From the NCBI GenBank assembly GCA_004764695.1, contig SMSO01000008.1, positions 434,001 through 498,000 of the forward strand: 64,000 bases of DNA, read 5' to 3'. This stretch comes from Schizochytrium sp. TIO01. Taxonomy: Eukaryota > Protista > Bigyra: Labyrinthulomycetes. Of the stretch, positions 63,542 through 64,000 are shown piece after piece (position 1 is the first letter of the stretch; each line of letters opens with the position of its first letter). The translations under genes were made by a program, and so were the position numbers. The notes beneath the pieces are model-generated. The model searched no databases. It was not told the origin of the DNA and saw only the letters and a list, made by a program, of their open reading frames with translations.

Positions 63542-64000
63542 AGAAAGTCGTCCAAATAAATTTGAGATCTCACGACCTCGAAAGAACCTTTCAAGAGGCT
63601 AAATCTCTTTGAAAATCAGTAAATGGCAATCCTTTTGATGTATGTTCTAACCTTCATCTCACAATGTTCTTTCAAGTACACACCTTATGATGGGGTCAAG
63701 AAAGACCTGATGTGAAGAGAAAAAGACTATCCTAGAAGCTTAACCAAATGATCGTTCCATGATCTTCCTTAAATTATAAAAAGAAGACTCGATCGGAAAT
63801 CAAAAAGAATAACTCCGTTTATGATGAGAGCTCCCACTCAGAAGGAGAAGTATGTGCTACCTAGCAAAAAAGGATGTATATTTTATAGATTCTATCTTAA
63901 TTTATTATAACATAACTCATACGTCATCCTATTCATCTTTCTCAAAGCATGTGAGAAACAACGTGTTATGTTGTTTTATATTTAAATCCTTTCGTTGAAT

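Overview
Eukaryotic genomic window. The near-intronless genes, C-ending codon bias and microsatellite-rich intergenic DNA suggest a thraustochytrid-type stramenopile protist; this is inference, not confirmed. There are three zones. (1) 1-12.3 kb is a gene-free graveyard of decayed retroelements: several non-LTR RT relics, a Ty1/copia integrase relic, a tyrosine-recombinase/RNase H relic and four of five copies of a ~400-bp TG...CA repeat. (2) 12.3-36.7 kb is a ~24-kb non-coding domain of alternating GC-rich islands and microsatellite/AT-rich spacers, directly upstream of a strongly codon-biased Rieske oxygenase with a mitochondrial-type presequence. (3) 36.7-63.5 kb holds eight genes: Rieske monooxygenase alpha subunit, tandem CaiB-CaiB CoA-transferase III (one intron), 2OG-Fe(II) dioxygenase, PP4R4-like HEAT protein, LOG, GOT1, S-formylglutathione hydrolase and a giant multi-cNMP-binding protein, with more RT fragments in the gaps. 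Best candidate for an undescribed system: a eukaryotic methylated-onium (choline/betaine/carnitine/DMSP-type) catabolic locus linking the Rieske enzyme, the CoA-transferase, the dioxygenase and formaldehyde detoxification. All relic calls come from manual translation of frameshifted sequence and need HMM confirmation; their coordinates are approximate.
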